This document shows positions 20,870 through 33,700 of a stretch of DNA of 64,000 bases, in pieces. Each line of letters opens with the position of its first letter. Within the stretch, counting starts at the first letter, position 1. The notes under the pieces are model-generated. The model saw nothing but the letters and a program-made list of their open reading frames with translations. It ran no database searches and was not told where the DNA came from. The translations under genes were made by a program, and so were the position numbers. Origin of the DNA: Diplonema japonicum (taxonomy: Eukaryota; Protista; Euglenozoa: Diplonemea); contig OZ025719.1 in the NCBI GenBank assembly GCA_964019335.1, forward strand, positions 62,001 to 126,000, in the 5' to 3' direction.

Positions 20870-21775
20870 TAAAACTATCGTGAACCACAAAAAACAAAAG
20901 AAAGATGGAAAAAAAAAAAATACTCGCTTCACAAACGTTGATTTCTATACTACTAAAGAGAGGAAGAAAGAAAAAAAAAAGAAAGAAAATCTTTTTTTTT
21001 TAAATAAAACTTTCCCCCACACTTTCCCTCCCCATTCTTCTTTTTTTGAGAAAAAAAAAAAGTTTAGTTATTAAGTTATCGAAACTACCCGCTTGCACAC
21101 CTTCTTGCGGAGATGACAACCGGGGGGAAAGAAAAAAAAAAGAAGATTTTTTTTTGTTCTTCATTTTTTTTTTCTTTCCCCCTACAACCAAAAATGCGAA
21201 GAAAGAGAAGAAAAAAAAAATCCCTCCTCCCCACATCCGCGTTTAGGTTCTGTCTCTGTCTTGTTGTGTCTTCTTTTTCTTCCGTTTTTTTTTTTCTTTT
21301 GAAAAAAAAAAACGAGAAATTAAAGAAAGAAAAGCGCCCCCTATAAACTATAGGGGCTTGGGTTAAGCACTTGGCATCCTTTGCTACCGCATGCTTGCCG
21401 GGAGCGTTCCGCAAACTGTGGATGAGAGAGATGCCCTCAAACCCACCGAAATGCCGGTCGGACTACTTGAGGAGCACACTCAGTCCACCCCCCCTCCAAA
21501 ACTGCCTTCTGAAAAAAAAAAAGAAAGAAAAAGAAAAAAAAAAACAAATAGCTACGAAGGACATCATCAGAGCACGCCGCACTGCAGGTCGTAGCCAGTC
21601 TTTGTCCTCGGTGGAAAAACCAGTTTTTTTTTTTTTTTTCCAAAAATAAAAAACCTTTTTTTTTTTAAATTTCACACCCTTTCTTTCCTCTAAGTTCACG
21701 TTGCTTTTTTTTTCTTCTTTTTTTTTCCTTCCACGTCTTTTTCTTGCCTAACCCTCCAGGGATGCGGTAGAGGTG

Positions 21776-24700
21776 ATGAAGATGAAAAAGTCGACGGTGG
21801 TATGCTTCCTGAGCACGTGTATAATGCACGGAGGGGGGGAGACTGCGACAGCCACGATGACGGAGACAGCAACGGTGGGGAGTGGGACGCTGACCCCGAC
21901 TTCCAGTGAAACATTGCCAACGGTGTCCGTGACCCTGCCGACTGCGACCGAGTCCATGAGCGAAACAGGAACTGCTTCGATCTCAGCGAGTTTTTCGCAA
22001 AGCGAGACATTCAGCAGCAGCGCATCACACTCACACAGCGTTACCGAGTCCGTCTCCAGCACCATCGAAGCACACAATAACTACACTATGCATCTCCTCC
22101 CCTCTTATGATCTTACTGAAGGACATGATATCCGGGTCAAGATCACGGCCATCCTCGAGTCCCCGTACTCCGTCCAGACCATACGTTCCTTCAACTTGTC
22201 CAAGCCGTGGGAGGTCCAGTTGCGTGTGTACTGGCATTCAGCGTCGGCTGACATCGACTGTGGAAGTGACGTGTACTTGTCTCGGAAGCGGCTTCTTGAG
22301 GAGCGTATGGGTTTTGGTGTCTCGCATGCCGAGCGGTTGGTCGGGAATGAGATGCTGCTCTCCTCGTTCTTCACCTTCACCGCCCCCTCGAGCACCACCC
22401 CTTTCGTCATTTGCTTCAAACACATCATCCCGGAGGTCCACGCCTTCCCCTTCCGTGAGAAGTGGGTCCTCTTCACAGACGCCTTGGGGCGGTACCGGTT
22501 CGTGACCAAGCCCTCCGAGGTGCGGTACCGCCTCCCCGCCCCCAGCGAGGGACAGTTCGCTGTCGTGGAGCTGCAAAGCACAGCGGCGTGGAACTTCACG
22601 TACCCCGCGTCATCCTGTGCAACGGACCCGTATGCTTGCCTTGACGGGGACAACTTGAAAATAGTGCCCGAAGGCACCCCGTGCACTTTCGAGCGGTCTG
22701 ACTTCAACGGGACGTACTACGGGTCGAAGTGGGTGAAGCGAGATGGGCTATGGTTGGAGGGCGCCATTGAAGGCCTTTCCGAGGCTGCTGTGCTGGGCGG
22801 TGTAGGGCTGTTCGGCACACAGCTAGCCAACCCCCTTGTCGATGTGTGGTCTGCCTGGGGTGTGTACGGACTGCTAAACAGGACCTACCTCAGCGATCCA
22901 TGGCCGTGGGTGAAGCGGGCCTACGTTTACGTGCAGCTCCCCAAGCAGGGCAGATATGAGCTGTGCTACTCGTCACGAGAGCAGCGTGCCGACATGTCAC
23001 TTGCTGCTAACGACACGCGTGACGAGCTGCCCGTCTGGCAGAAGCTGTACCCCGCGGGGGCCCGCGTCGCTACCCCGGCCTTCACCGTATATAAGGAGAG
23101 TGTCTCATGGGATATCCACGACCGCACCCCTGACACCTACGGAGAAGTCATCTTCAGCGATACCGAAAACAAGCTCACCGCAGGGCCCAATACACTCAAC
23201 GAGAACTACTGGGACTCCCGGGGCGGTGACATGTTCAAGCTTGTTCCGGAGTACCTCTTCAAGATTGACAAACGGTGGCCGGTCCCAGCTGTTGGGTGCT
23301 GGGATACCGTGCCTGTCACGTCAGTGCTAGAGAACGAGGCGGAGTACCCTATCGCATCGACCAACCTGCAAAGGGATAGTCAGAACACGTTTGCCGCCAC
23401 ATGGGTACCTCACCTGAGGACAGCGTGGAGGGTGTGCTACAGGAGAACGCGAGACATGTCAGGGTACAGGTTGCTTCCAGGAGTCTTGCGACCGCGCCAA
23501 CCACAAGAGATGCCTCCTGTGGTGACATGGTACATGAACGATACACGAGAAGGCACATGGGGGCCTGTGGTCATTGAGACTGCGAACTTCACAGAAGTTG
23601 GTGGGCTGGATAGCAGAGAATGGAACCGTTCTGCCAACATGGGAAGTGCTGTGAGACTGGTGGGAAGGAACAAACCGTGCGACTACCACACACTTGCTGA
23701 GGACGTCGTAGGACAGCAAAGTGCTGCGGCCAGCTACAACGGAGGGATGATTGAGTGCAACTCTGCCTCTGCGGAAGTAAACGACCCGTACTGCCAAGGG
23801 ACCCTTGCTGACCAGCAGAATGTCTCAGCAGTCGCATTCTACATCACACTCCCCAGAGAGGACACCTACAAAGTGTGCTTCAGACTAGGGGCTTGGAACT
23901 GGAAGGTGCTTCATGCTTCAGATACCACCCCGTACTTGGATAAGCGTGTGGATATGCCTGAGGCTTTTTTGGAGAGGCAAGATTGGTACGCAGGGTATCC
24001 GCTGTTGAGGGTGCAGCAGGACGCGCGCAAGACCATAACGGTGGTTGCACATGAGTCCCGGGAAGACATGGAAGTTCTGTTTATGATACACGATGCCGAG
24101 TATGGCCTGACTGCGGCAAGGAGGGAGCCCTGCCCTATGGGGTGCTCAAAGTCGGGCGACGTGCTGCGGGTGGTGCCAATACGTCAGATGTGCGATGTGA
24201 ACCACGTGACGTGGGTGGCATCTACGGCTGATACCTTCCTGTCGGTGCATTGCCCTGCAGATGGAGGGTCCGGTCTCGTCAGTCCAACCTGCCACGTGAC
24301 AGCACCTGTTGCAGAGTTGGCATCTGTACATCGCCTGCACCGCCTCATCAACGTTTCGCTTCCTGTCTATGACGATATCGTTCCGTACCCTGCTACGGCC
24401 TATAGCGTCGCTGACCTTGTGGGTTCCGTACGGTTACCCGCCTACTCCGTCCACGGTGGCGCAGAAGCTAACACCTACAAAGTCTGCTACAAGCAGTTCG
24501 GCATGCAAAACTGGATCCTCTTCAACACCACCACCATTAGACAGAAGCTTCCGTACATCCTCACCCCCCAGCCCGGGTCGGATCTAGTGAGCGGTCGCCA
24601 CCAGCTGTTTCATCTTGCCTGGGTGTCTTTCGGGAGTTTTTATCGAGACTGGAATGCGTCGAGGGGCGTGTTCCACGCAAAGCTTGTAGAGGTGCGAGGT

Positions 24701-27700
24701 GGGCCTCCCAGGTGCACACAGCCCCCTGCAAGCACTGAAGGAGAAGACTTCGGGTCCAAAGTGGGCAAGGCCCTTCAAACAGGCACGACACAAGTGTCTT
24801 TCAACTTAACAGTGCCCCATAAGGCGGGGGTCTTTTCCCTTTGCATAAGGGTGGGGACCCAGCTATCGTGGTACAGCCCTGGCAGCGGTGGGCACTACAC
24901 TGTGATCGACAACGGGATGCGGTGGTACGTAGAGCCCGGCAACCAGCCTGTTAGCGGCGGGCTGTCGACTGTGAAACTGTTGAAATGCAACCCAACACCA
25001 AAGGGGTGTGACGACAGCTTTGCTGTGACGAAGTTCGACACGTCACCTGGGAGGGACGCTGCCAAGGTGGTGCAGTGGTGGCGCCCTTGCACCGAGGGCT
25101 CGCAGCATGTGGGCATCGAGTCCCTTGAAGGAAACGGACATCTGGATCTCGGACCTGCTGACGGTACGGCAGATACCGCTGAGTTCACCACCATCCTGCC
25201 GGCAGCCAACGACGAGCGTGTCACGTACAAGATTTGCGTCAAGTCCGACGTGCTGGATGGCGCCACAGTGACCACAGAATGGGTGGAGGTGATGCAGAGC
25301 ATGGACACACCACAACAGCTCGTCATCACCGAGAACGGTCTTAGTAGTTACAGTACGCAGCCTAGTGTTGTTCAGAAGTGGACCTTAGACGCTGCTTTGC
25401 AGCCCTTGTCATGGACCGGAACCAACGCCAGCAAGTCTGCCACCGCCCTAAGCGGGGCTTCTAGTTACTACGTTCCCGACCCATCTGCAGCAGTGCCCAC
25501 GGGAGCGGTTGTTAGCGGGTTCTACTTCATCTCTACACCCGGAACCACAGTGCCTGCAACGAGCACATTCAAGCTAGTTCCCAGAAGGGCAGGGAACACG
25601 TGCAGGTCGCCCCCTTATGAGGGTGCCACGAACATCGACGCACTTGAGGCATTCCTTGAGCTGGACGGGGTTCATTTGAACAGATTGAATGCGTTCTTCC
25701 AGCTCCCTTTGGAGCAAGGGGCGTATATGGTGTGCTTTAAGGTAGGAGCACCGATGCTTGTCGAGCAGCCATGGCTGGTGTTGGCCAACGACGTAGGGAA
25801 GTATTCGCTGCAAGTTGTTCCTTCAAACTTCCAGGTTTTGGTGGAGGAACGCAACGCCACCATCATCGACGGCAGCCTTGTGAACGGCACGACACGTGCC
25901 TCGTGGTGCTCCACTGTGGAGGGCCAAGGTGTGCCGTGCGACGTTGTTAACAACAAAGGCTACCAGTACGACCTCCTCACCGTGGTCCACAGCACCAAGA
26001 TCTGCCCTTCTCCGACAGCGGCACCCCTAGGCGGCACCACTGACGCATGGTTCCTCTTATCAAGAATGACAAACGTCTCTGCTGTCATATTCAGCAACGA
26101 GCTGACTGGCGAGTTCCTCATGCCGCCTCTCGACAAGTCACCGTCCGGTAGATACAAGCTCTGTTTATACAAAGCAGGCCAGCCTACCATTCCTGCAGGT
26201 CATGTCACAAGACATGGCGTGAGTTACCACCTTCTCGTGCAGGGAGACGAGTTACTGGGTGGCGGGACAGGGTTCTGGAAGGACATCGCCTCGCAGTTAG
26301 GAGACCCTTCTAAAGTGCTGGTGACCTCGAGCTTGCAGTACAACTACACACTGTTCTTCACGGAGTACACTACTGACACGTTTGCGTTGTATGCCGCGAA
26401 CTCGCTCGAAACACTCATAGACCCGCAGACGGGGCAGTTCTCAAGGACCCCGCTGGTGCGGTCTGGGACTACCGTGGATTACCTAGTGCAGATTGCACTC
26501 AGCGACGGTACACCCGTGGCTGCAGAGTACACGATCACGGCCATGAAATGCCCTCCTGCGACTGATTGGGGGGCTGGCCGCTGCCTATCGCACGAGTCGG
26601 CGATGTTGCCTGAGCAGTCTTTTCTAGTAGACGTCATTGATGGGGAGTGCAGGCTGAACTCGACTGAGGTGTACGGGTGGCCCAAGGGTGCTGTGAGACA
26701 GTTCACAAAAGATGGCTTTGTGACAGTACGAGTGCAGTACAAATCCCTCTGCAGGGGCACCTTCGGGTGCGGCGTGCGGTTCCACGCTGTGAACAGCAAG
26801 GGTCATACGATCATCTCAAACCCCTTCTGGCTCAACACCCTGCAGTTCGAGCCCGACAAGATCTCTATGAACGGGGTAATCCCGTCGCACAACAGCCACC
26901 ATGTAGTGCACTGCCTGCACAAGGTGGAGTGCAGGTTCTCCTTGGCAGCATACTGGCAGGGTATAAGGGAGTACGCACCAAAAGGGAGCATCTCTATGTT
27001 GCACTCGGAGTTTGACTACGGGACGAACCCAGACATCGCAGTTTCACTTCTGTCTGAAACCGTCCTGAGCAGCACATTCCACCAAAAGATAGCTGTCTCG
27101 TGGGGGCAAGGGGGCGAAGTGACCGGGACTTATTCCTTCGAGCTCCAGCCGACGCTCAGCACAGGCAGCATATACATGAACGTCACGTACGGGCACAGCC
27201 TGTACCAGCGTGTTGAAGTTTCCATCAGCAGAGTGCAGCCTGTTAGTTGCACACCGAAGCACATCATAGCGCTTGACGGTGACCTGTCTACGTCCCGGAC
27301 GCCTTCGCCTGTATTCTTGCATAACCACAGCATCACACCCGAGTTCACAGCGCTGCCGGGTGTGTACCTCGAGTCCTTAGTCCCGTACGAGCTGGGCTAT
27401 ACACTACGTGACAGCACTGGGGCCCCGGTCAACCCTGAGGTGGGGATGAGTAAGTGGAGATTGACCGCGGTTGTAAAGGACTCTATTCAGAATGCCGTAC
27501 TCGGCGTGATGCGGGATGGGGATGGAGAGCTGTCTATCGCGAACCTGCAAACAACCCCGCAGTCTTTGGAGAAGGTGCTGGATAGGGAAGTAAGCGGAAG
27601 CGATGGGGTGTGGCGGGTCATGTTTAGGCTTCTGAATGGGTTCGGGTGTTCGAGATTCACAGGAGGCTGTCTTATCGAGTTCAGCCTTACACACTCGGAG

Positions 27701-30700
27701 ACAAGTGAGGTGGTGTTGATGTCAGTGCGCACTCCTGTACGGGTTATAGGGAGCACCGTGCGGGTCTCCGTATCACGCACCACGACCACTGTGCGGGAGG
27801 GTACCGTTGTCACCGCAGAACCCGGAACGGTATGCGGTGCACAATGCTGGATGCCTGATGAGTACCATCACGGGTATCTGTTTACAATGATCCATACACC
27901 TGGGCCCTCCGACGGCGTGTCGAACACAGACAACGTAATGCAGCTCCCGGCGCTGAACCGTGGGGGCTGTGTATATCAAGATTGGCAGGGCAAGTGTGAT
28001 GTGTGGGGGTACACCTCAGGGCTCCTCGGCAACACCTCGTGGGGTGCCACGTGGGTGCTGCGAGCAAGCAAGCCGTGCATCGCATGCGTGTTCACTTTCC
28101 ATTCCACATCGGGTGCAGGACCGGACTCCTACTCGGCTAGCAGCGTGATAGGCTCCGTGGAGCTGTCCTTTGTTGATGAAGATATCGTGCTGGAGTGCGC
28201 GGTGCCTGACGTTGTTGCCTTCCCTGCGCACTCTACCACGTCAGAGCTGTTCAACATATCAGTGACCGCGTTCAGCCACACCACTCACCAGCCTGCTGTG
28301 TACCCTACCTGGTGGGTATTCTCCGATATGACCTCTGACCTGACCAACCCCGACCCTTCCCTACGGCTCTTGAAACAGGGCAGCCTCACAGGACTCACCA
28401 CACTCACCGTTAAGATGGACGGGGGCACGTCTGTAGTTAGAGGGCTCTATTTCAGCTCTCCTCAAGGCTTCGCGGGCACAACCGTTGTCCAAATCAAGTT
28501 CCACGCCCTCGGTACCATCTACGATAGGAGCAAGCAAGGCACTGTCGCACAGGATATCAAAGAGCACTCATGCACGGCCACCATTACTGTGCAGCCCACA
28601 GTAATCACCCCCGTAACGTCGGTAGAGGTAGAGTTCAGCGGCTCGACGAGGCTGTGCGAGGGTTGCGACATGTGGTCCACAACGATAGCCGCGGTGCGGG
28701 AGGGTATCGTGATGACTGCAGAGTTTGAAGATTTATATCCCGACGGTGTGGTGAAGGTGGCGAAGAACAAGAATGCAACGGTTGTGCCTGGAGGGGGGCC
28801 GTCTTCAAGGCCGTGGAAATCACCGGCTGTGTGGGAATGGGATCGATTGAAGGGACTATGGACGGCACAAGTGACACTCGACTCGGTTCACAACCCACTC
28901 GAAACCGAGCGGCTTAACAACGTGGCGTACACGAATGGAAAGGTGCTGCTCACCCTCAGCAGGGGGCTGACGACGCTTAACCTCATCACGATAACGTACG
29001 AGTCCTCAACAGAGTCCCCAGCACGCCAGCTCGTCTTTGACATCTGCACAGCGGAGTTCAACGGAGAAGTAGAAGTTGTCACCGCCCCATGCAAGACCAT
29101 CAACATGTGGATCGTGCCCTCCACTCCCGTCGACAATAAAATTCTCGTCTGGTCAGAACCTGCAGCAGGCAGGAAGTACAAGGGGACCGGGCTGTCTTGC
29201 GGTGCTTCCCCAACCGAAATGCGGCTCAAGCTAGCAACATATTATGAAATCTCAGGTGCGCTAGCAAGGACACGTTATTTTGTGTACGGGATCCCGATAG
29301 CGTATAGGGTCACCTTTCCAGGCCAGCATTTTGTACAGATAGGCAGCACTGAGACAAACAGCATGCTTGTTGTGCGGAACAGTGTGGACCCCAGCCTCAA
29401 TGAAACCGCAATGCTTGCAAGCGGTGCGTCGCATTTCACCGAAGCTATCTTCTTCGGACGTGACATTGCGGGAAGCACGCAGGACAGGTACCCCTTGCGC
29501 GTAGACGCGGTAAGCCTCGGCAGCACCACGCACCAATTCACCAGCGCCTTTACGGATGCCAGTTATTACTTCTCGCAGCCTTTAGAGAAATTCGCACAGT
29601 TCGACATAGCCTCCAACGGTGTGACGCTCGACCCAGAGTGCCCTCCCAAAAGGGTGCTGGAATCGGCAGAGCATAATTATCGTACGTTTTCACCGTATCC
29701 TGGCGTTTTCTGGAACTACGCGACGGGTGTGGCCCAAGGGATTCCTTTCCCCGTTCAGGTCATGGTGCGGACAACGGCAAACACCCGCGCATGGACCTTC
29801 AACAATACATACATCAGAATCAGCAAGCACAGCTCCATGGGGTGCAACGATGGGGGCATCATGACCGTCTACGCCCTGAAGCCTTCGCTAGATTCTGATG
29901 TTACCGCACTGCGGCCTGGCATGTTGAACACCAGTTGGGACAGGGGCGTCGATGGGCAGATGGTGCGTATGAACATGGGTGCTGCGGTGCCGTGGGTGGT
30001 GTTCAGTAGCCCCTGTGAGTCATGCGTGCTTAAGATAGACTTGTGCTTCACGACAGCCACAAGTGTGGTTGACTGCCTCAAACTACGGGAGTCATCAGAA
30101 GCCTCCGACATGCTTCCTCTGTACCCTGCGAGGTCGAAGGTGACAAAACCGTTTTCCGTGAGGAAGCCGTCTGCCAACTCCGTCTCGATTGTGCGGCAGA
30201 ACGTGCCCCCGCTGAGCAGCAAGGGCACCATCCGTGTCGGTGACACTTTCTCAGTCGGCTTCGAGAAAGTGCAAATTACCAGCGGGTGGTCCATTGCTAT
30301 CGAAGGACCACCAACAAAGCTTTTCCTCAGCACAGAGGGGGGTGGCGACCCCACCACGGCAGTTCGCAGAGACATCGCAATCTATGGAAACGGGGGATTC
30401 ATTGGCGTCAGCTCCAGAGATGGGAAGTGCGGTGTCGACGAACAAGAGTACAGGCAATCCGCCATCCACGCTTACGTAGAAGGGGATGCGTGGCCGAATC
30501 CTACATTTTACTTCACAAGACCGTGTGGTCTGTGCAGAGTGAAGGTTGTGTACGAGCTCCAGAACAGTGCAGGTGTAATATACCTCAGGGAGTACGGGAG
30601 TGCCGTGGGGAACGTGCTGGAGTTCAAGGTTGTGACTTGTGGTGTAAAGTGGTTGTTGTCACCAGTGGCGCCTACAGCCGTGCGTAAGAGACAGCCCTTT

Positions 30701-33700
30701 TCGGTAGGTGCCATGCGAGTTGACCGTTTCAATTTCCCATCGTGGGACAGCAACGGGACAGTCCCGTTGGTCGAGAAGACGGCAGACTGCGAAGGCAACG
30801 GTGGGGGGGGTGCCAACATTGTTTCGGCACCAAGAGTTTCCGACGGTGTCAGGGCACTGAACGGGTACGCCGTGACGAGAATGCAGTTCACGAAGCCGTG
30901 CTTCCGCTGCGGGTTTGTGTTCGGTACAGTGCACTACCTGACTGTGCTGACGGACGCAACACAGATCATCGCTGTCCCGCACACACCACTGTCGCAGCGC
31001 TACACCGGCACGTCCCTAGAAATCACGCTGGGCCTCTATGCCGCCGACGATTTGGGGTACCGCTCGTATTTGGTCTCCGGGCCTACCTACCCTGTACTGC
31101 AGCCGAGGTACCAGACCGAGCGACGCATCATGGACGCACTCACAATACTGCCGCTCCCCGGGAAGAATTACACGGTGCTGCATCCCACCACGAAAGCAGG
31201 CGTGACCTTGATGGGCGGGAAGCCCAGTGTTAGTATCGTTGCAGGGGGGAAGGTTGCCAACGGAATACCTGTTGCGGGAGAAGGCGATCTTGGGGCCACA
31301 ACCATTAAGATTGAAGGTCCCACTTCCGGGTACGAACTATCGTTTGCTATTGCGGGCATGCACGGACTGCCGACGCGGCTCTACGGGGACGGAATGCCTC
31401 CGGCCGTGGGGCATTCTGTGGCTGCCGAAGTGATGGTGGTGGAGGACGGAGCTACGGCAAACTGCATCTCCCCTGTCACACAGGGCAGTGTTTGCAGCGT
31501 TTCCGTCTTCACAGCAGGGGTTCTCAACGTCAGCGGCATTGTGCACTACTACCTGTCCAGTGAAGGCACCGCCGACCCAGCTACTGCCACCGCAGACTGT
31601 AATTCATGTTCACCGAACATCAGCAGCACCGTCCCCCTCATTGCAGGTATAGGCACTGTGCACATGACGGTCGCAAACATGGCGCAGTCCACCTGCACTT
31701 GCACCTTGCGCATCACACCGCCTCCAAGCCTGTCCAGCAATAGTACCACCAGCTTTGTTATGACGTGGTCCCGCACTCTCATGACACTTTGGTACTTTAC
31801 CTCCAGCAACACGCTCAAGGTTACCCCAGCAGACCAGTCCATGTACACAGCGAAGAGTGTCATGAACACTGTGGTTGACATCCTACTTTCGCCATTTGAC
31901 GTCACACGAGATTTCAGCAGCATGCGGGGCTTGGACAACATTGCGCTGTTGTCTGTGAACCCATCCGTGATGATACCTGCAGGGTGCTTCGTGTGTTACG
32001 AAACGGAGAGCTTGGTTGCGAACCCAAGATGCATGGTGCAGGTGACGGAACAAGGTGTGGTGCTGCGCGGGTACTTCGCGCGTGAGGGTACGTGCTTGCT
32101 AACGGAGAGGGCCATCGTCGGGCTGCCACAGTCAGTGGGGAGCACGAAATCCCCCGATGCGTCTCTGGAAGTGACTGTCCAAATTCCACATGCGCTGCAC
32201 TTGCGTATGGTGCACGACACGCGGAGCGAGACACTGCTGAACTTCACTGGGCTGACAGGAAGGACAAAAGAAGGAGAGGCTGCTGCAGTGGTAGGGGTTG
32301 GTGCGCACATCACACTGGATGTCCTCGACTCAGTCGGCGCGAGAGTGGAGGGCGACAACAGCATGGTGGTGGAGGTGGACACGTGGAACGAGGCGACCAA
32401 CACGACGATAACAACAACACACACTTCCCTGGATGGCGTGGTGCAGGTCAACATCGACGCGGAGGGGCCTAGCTACTGCGAGGAAGCCCCGCCATGCAGC
32501 GAAGGGTGGTATTTCAACGTCACCAAGGTGCACGCTACGCAAACAACAGGCGTCACAACATACAACTCAACAACACCTGTCTTGGGACCGCTGTACTTCG
32601 TTGCCGTTGCAGGGGACATGCGTGTGGAGGGGAAGTTTGGGGAGCTCATCCGAGACGTCTCAGAACCAGGACTGCAATGGATCAGAGGGTACCCAATCGA
32701 TATGTCAATGCAAGTCCTGGGGCACGCTGGAGAAATAGTTGACCATACTGTGGATGCTGTTCTGAGACCAGCGACTGCACCGTGCCTGCCTGTCGATGAA
32801 GAAGTATGGACGAGCTGCGTGTTCCCGGTTCGGGACACCTGCGTGTTCAAAGACATAAAGGAGTACCCAGCATGCGGAACGTCAGGATGGGTCGTTGACA
32901 ACAAGACAACTGCAAACTCCTTTGAGGTCACCCTTTCCCATGGAACTGCTGTTGTGCCGCTCTGGTACGTGGGCACAGCGAGCACTGTGATGCTGCGTGT
33001 AAACGCTTTTCTGAACCCGGAATCGGGTGCAGTGGCAACCTCAATCACGTCACAGATCCAAATGCTACGCTTCGGGAGAATATCCCTCGAAAACTGGGAG
33101 TCCCCCGCCTCGTGGTACTACCAAGACCCGCTCAACTTCACAGCAGTCCTGTACGACACCCTCAACAATGTGATGGTCCTCGACAACGACACTTCTTTGA
33201 TTGTCTCCGCCGAGTGTCTCACAGAGAATTCATATGTGGGCGTCGGGCTTGACTTCCTATCAATAGTACGCTTCCCGGTACACCAGGGAACAGCGAGAAT
33301 AGAAGGCCCAGTCTTTTCAGGGTCGTGCAAGGCGATGGTGTTGGTGGTGACATGTGCCAGTGGTCCGATGGATACTTTGAAACTATGCGAACAGCTGGAG
33401 GTTGCAACGGAACAGTTTGAAGTTACGGGAAACAGCACGGCGTCAGGGCAGCCTCAGTCACCGAACCCGATCAGAGTCTCGATGGGGATGGGCGTCTTTC
33501 AGACGCAAGCTGCCTTTTTACAATACGTACAAGGAAGCTTCGATAGCACTGTGTTTGAAGCTGCCGTTACTGGGGTGTTAAAGGCGAGTGTGCCAGTTGT
33601 GAAATCCGCGACACCGAGCCACCTGTGCGGGTTGCCAGTGGGAACTCCCTGGAACGATGTTTTCATAAGCGATCCTGACATATGTGTTGACGTGTTGAAT

